DNA of 64,000 bases from an uncultured candidate division Zixibacteria bacterium. GTDB lineage: Bacteria; Zixibacteria; MSB-5A5; RBG-16-43-9. Numbering within the stretch: the stretch's first letter is position 1; every line of letters begins with the position of its first letter. A model generated the notes under the pieces. It had not been told where the DNA came from. It worked only from the letters and a program-made list of their open reading frames with translations, and ran no database searches. Both the position numbers and the translations under genes were made by a program. The stretch is taken from positions 32,001 to 96,000 of the forward strand of contig OY970208.1 of the NCBI GenBank assembly GCA_963713865.1, written 5' to 3'. This document shows positions 60,793 to 64,000 of the stretch, in pieces.

Positions 60793-62541
60793 ATGTTCAT
60801 CACCTCTTCCATAATTTGTTCCTTGATTCCAGAGTTAAAGGAAAATTACCTTTTCTCTCAGATAAAAGGATTTAAACTCTCCCCTGATCAAAAAGAGCTT
60901 CTGATACTTATACGAAAAGAAAGAGAAGCGAAAACGCTGTTATTCTCAGCTGACCCTTCGCACTGCCGAATAGTTAGCTTAACCGAAGATGAATCCAGAC
61001 CTTTCCGGGGATGGGCTACAACCTCTTTGTTCTCCCGGGTTTTAGACAATACCATTTTGAATATCGAACAGGTGGATTTCGACCGGGTAATAAAGTTTTC
61101 CTGCCAGAAAGAAATTGAGTTGGAAAAAGTTGAGTACGAGATTTTCTTCGAGCTAACCGGAAGGAATGCTAATGCTATTTTGGTCCAGTCCTGCGATTCC
61201 AAATTCGGAATAAAATCGGGCATGATCCTGGATTCCTTGAAAAAAGTCAGACCTGCTCAAAGCCGGGTCCGGCAGATTTTGCCCGGGATAAAATATCTTC
61301 TTCCTCCTGCACCTAAAAAGCATAATCCTTTTAGCACCACAGAGGAACAGTTCAGAAAGATAATCCAGACCCATCCTGAAGAAAATTTAATTCAAATCTT
61401 AACCTCTCATTTTATGGGAATGGATGAGCTTACCGCCAGGAAAATTGAGGAGGAATCTCTAAATAGTTCCTCTTTAAAACCCCTTCCCCTGGATATCATC
61501 AGGAAAAACTTTCAATCGATCTTCAATCAAATATCTACGCATAAGATTTCACCTCATCTGATTTTGGATACTGCGGAAAGGCCGGTCGGAATATCCCTGT
61601 TCGATTTGAATTCTATCCCGGAATCACAAAAAACTCCTTTCTCCAGTCTGAATCAGGCTCTGAAGAAATTTTTCGCTCTGGAGATTGAAGAAAGTAAAGA
61701 AGTCACGAAGCTCCTGAATCTTTCCGGACTAATTCAAAAAGCAATTGAGAAGTGGAATAAAAGGGGGAAGAAATTAAAAGATGAACTTTCCTCCCTGCAG
61801 GAGGCTCAAGCTTATAAAAATTTTGGAGACCTGATCCTAAACCATCTCACCGAGATCAAAAGAGGGGTAGAATCCATAGAATTATCTGATTTCTCCACGC
61901 CTGAACACCAGAAAGTAAAGGTTGCACTTGACCCGTCTTTATCACCTAAGGAAAATGCGTTAGCTTATTATAAAAAATATCGAAAAGCCCAAACCGGACT
62001 TGAAAAGCTCAAAGAAATAATTGTCCAAACCGAGAATGAAATAAAATATCTCGAAAAAATAGTTATAGAACTGCAAGGAAAAGAAAAGCTCGACTATAAA
62101 AAGATCGAAGCGAAACTTTCCTCTTTTGGTTTACTTAAAGCGCCTGAGCCAAAAAGAAAAGAGAAGAAAAAAGGCAGATATGCTCTACGGGAATTCGTCT
62201 CCGCAGATGGCTGGAAGATCTTAGTGGGCAGGAATAACAGGGAAAACGACTTTTTGACCTTTAAAATAGCCCGGGCTGATGATTTGTGGTTTCACGCTCA
62301 GAACACACCTGGATCTCACGTGGTATTAAAAAAAGGGGAAAGAAAAAAACATCCAACGCCCAAAGCCATCCAGCAAGCTGCCTCTTTAGCCGCTTATTAC
62401 AGCAAGGCAAAAACGTCCAAAAAAGTCTCGGTGATTTATACCTTAGCCAAGTATGTGAAAAAGCCTAAAAACGCCCCGCCCGGCCTGGTCAAAGTGGAAA
62501 AGATGAAATCTATATTAATCGAGCCGAGATTGATAAAATAA
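60793..62541 (+). CDS. rqcH: NFACT/RqcH (FbpA-like) ribosome quality-control protein
   Basis: FDRVI, ELTGRNAN, VGRNNRENDFLT, WFHAQNTPGSHV, AAYYSK. Confidence 0.88.
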   Translation: MFITSSIICSLIPELKENYLFSQIKGFKLSPDQKELLILIRKEREAKTLLFSADPSHCRIVSLTEDESRPFRGWATTSLFSRVLDNTILNIEQVDFDRVIKFSCQKEIELEKVEYEIFFELTGRNANAILVQSCDSKFGIKSGMILDSLKKVRPAQSRVRQILPGIKYLLPPAPKKHNPFSTTEEQFRKIIQTHPEENLIQILTSHFMGMDELTARKIEEESLNSSSLKPLPLDIIRKNFQSIFNQISTHKISPHLILDTAERPVGISLFDLNSIPESQKTPFSSLNQALKKFFALEIEESKEVTKLLNLSGLIQKAIEKWNKRGKKLKDELSSLQEAQAYKNFGDLILNHLTEIKRGVESIELSDFSTPEHQKVKVALDPSLSPKENALAYYKKYRKAQTGLEKLKEIIVQTENEIKYLEKIVIELQGKEKLDYKKIEAKLSSFGLLKAPEPKRKEKKKGRYALREFVSADGWKILVGRNNRENDFLTFKIARADDLWFHAQNTPGSHVVLKKGERKKHPTPKAIQQAASLAAYYSKAKTSKKVSVIYTLAKYVKKPKNAPPGLVKVEKMKSILIEPRLIK

Positions 62542-62550
62542 TTTCATGCT

Positions 62551-63105
62551 GTCATTGCGAGTCCTACGGACGAAGCAATCCCTTTACTATTAATTTTCGT
62601 AGTGCGACCCAGCTTACCCCACAGTGGGAGGAGTTTACGTAGCGTCGGGCTTTATGCCCGACGAAGAAATTCCGTCGGGGCAGGGAACCCGACAGTCACA
62701 AGAAGTTTGTAGAATTTGTAGAGACGCATAGAATGCGTCTCTCTTTTTTCCGCGTTAGGACAGAATCCGCCTCAGGCGAGATTCTGTCCCTACAAATATC
62801 CTACCTTGTGAGCAAGGCGGATATAACGATTCCCCTCCCTTGATGGGAGGGTGAAATAATCCCCCTCTCCTTAATCCTCTCCCACAAGGGGAGAGGAAAT
62901 ATACGCAGCGTCGGGCTTTATGCCCGACGAAGAAATTCCGTCGGGTCAGGGGACCCGACGGTCACATGAGTAGTGGTCGCTTTCATAGAGACGCATAGAA
63001 TGCGTCTCTACGAGAAATAAACCCACCTTGAGAGCAAGGTGGGATTACCGTATTGGTTCGGGAAATCCAATTCCCGAACCAACGCAAGGGCAAGGCAGGA
63101 TACCG
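62551..63105. repeat. Dense BIME-like mosaic of many REP families with an internal ~266-bp-spaced duplication
   Basis: 62639..62700 is nearly identical to 62905..62966; each is followed by AGAGACGCATAGAATGCGTCTCT. Confidence 0.9.
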
Positions 63106-64000
63106 CTATTCCAAACCTTTCAAAATATCCTCTGCTTTTTTCACATACTCCTCTTTACCCTGTTTCTTAAATAGCTCTTTTGCTTTCTCGAACTCCTTTT
63201 TTACCTTCTCTTTTTTCCCCATCACAATATAAAGTAAACCGAGGTTGTAATGTGCCTCTGCTAAATCCGGGTTAAGCTTAATAACGGTTCTGTATTCTTT
63301 TTCAGCCTCCGGGTAGTTCTTTAAATCATCAAGTAGAACGCCCAGATTGTTATGTGCATCTGTATAATTCGGGTTAAGCTTAATAGCGGCTCGATATTCT
63401 TTTTCAGCCTCCGGGTAGTTTTTCAAATCATCAAGTAGAACGCCCAGATTGTTGTGTGCGTCTGCATAATCCGGGTTAAGCTTAATAGCGGTTCGATATT
63501 CTTTCTCTGCCTCCGGGTAGTTCTTCAAATCATAAAGTAGAACGCCCAGATTGTAGTGTGCATCTGCATAATCCGGGTTAATCTTAATAGCGGCTCGATA
63601 TTCTTTTTCAGCCTCCGGGTAGTTTTTCAAATCTTTAAGTAGATTACCCAGATTATTGTGTGCGACTGCATAATCCGGGTTAAGCTTAATAGCGGTTCGA
63701 TATTCTTTTTCAGCCTCCGGGTAGTTCTTCAAATCAGAAAGTAGAACGCCCAGATTGTAGTGTGCATCTGCATCATCCGGGTTAAGCTTAATAACGGTTC
63801 GATATTCTTTTTCAGCCTCCGGGTAGCTTTTCAAATCTTTAAGCAGAATGCCCAGATTGTTGTGTGCCTCTTCTAAATCCGGGTTAATATTGATTGACTT
63901 TTGATAACAATCAATACCCTCGTTAAGATTTTTTCTGTAATAAAAACTATTACCTAAATAGAATAGATTCTCAGCATCTTTTAAATTAAACAATTCATCT
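63106..64000 (-). CDS. TPR-repeat protein; frame open to the window edge, so probably N-terminally truncated
   Basis: Six near-identical 34-aa TPRs (AHxNLGxLLxDLKNYPEAEKEYRxxIKLNP). Confidence 0.85.
   Translation of the reverse strand, partial: DELFNLKDAENLFYLGNSFYYRKNLNEGIDCYQKSININPDLEEAHNNLGILLKDLKSYPEAEKEYRTVIKLNPDDADAHYNLGVLLSDLKNYPEAEKEYRTAIKLNPDYAVAHNNLGNLLKDLKNYPEAEKEYRAAIKINPDYADAHYNLGVLLYDLKNYPEAEKEYRTAIKLNPDYADAHNNLGVLLDDLKNYPEAEKEYRAAIKLNPNYTDAHNNLGVLLDDLKNYPEAEKEYRTVIKLNPDLAEAHYNLGLLYIVMGKKEKVKKEFEKAKELFKKQGKEEYVKKAEDILKGLE
63265..63876 (-). repeat. Six tandem 102-bp coding repeats
   Basis: CAGCCTCCGGGTAG...GGGTTAAGCTTAATA recurs with a 102-bp period. Confidence 0.95.

Noticed and set aside
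926-62468. Numerous short antisense or alternate-frame ORFs inside long genes
   Set aside because: Shadow ORFs of well-supported genes with no independent coding signal.
62551-63105. Palindrome cluster as a CRISPR array or attC array
   Set aside because: No constant repeat-spacer period and no evident attC core sites; the units are heterogeneous REP families.
63265-63876. Tandem repeats as a CRISPR array or DGR template/variable pair
   Set aside because: They are in-frame TPR coding repeats with no unique spacers, and no cas or reverse transcriptase gene is in the window.

Overview
A 64-kb, roughly 38-40% GC (visual estimate) bacterial chromosomal segment. The gene set (McsA/McsB/ClpC, Lol/Lnt, a PorZ-like beta-propeller with a T9SS-like C-terminal domain, TM Ser/Thr kinase-TPR proteins) suggests an FCB-related lineage such as candidate Zixibacteria; this is inference. 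Most ORFs are housekeeping: clpC, lysS, sdhDCAB, lnt, gpmI, purM, priA, valS, rlmN, pta, prfB with its programmed +1 frameshift, and RqcH/NFACT. There is one intact IS1202-family (ISNCY) element with a 16-bp target duplication and one REP-associated Y1 transposase (RAYT-like). The unusual feature is the non-coding DNA: most long intergenic gaps are mosaics of more than 10 distinct palindromic REP-like families. A second layer of 9-18-nt TCC...GGA micro-hairpins appears to replace 5-6 nt inside those repeats. REPs also sit in-frame inside two genes (including the RAYT itself), supply the stop codon of several genes, and bracket AT-rich orphan genes. Short heptamer-periodic arrays occur at gene ends. 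Four genes carry single-base indels that look like sequencing errors. I found no rRNA, tRNA or CRISPR array.
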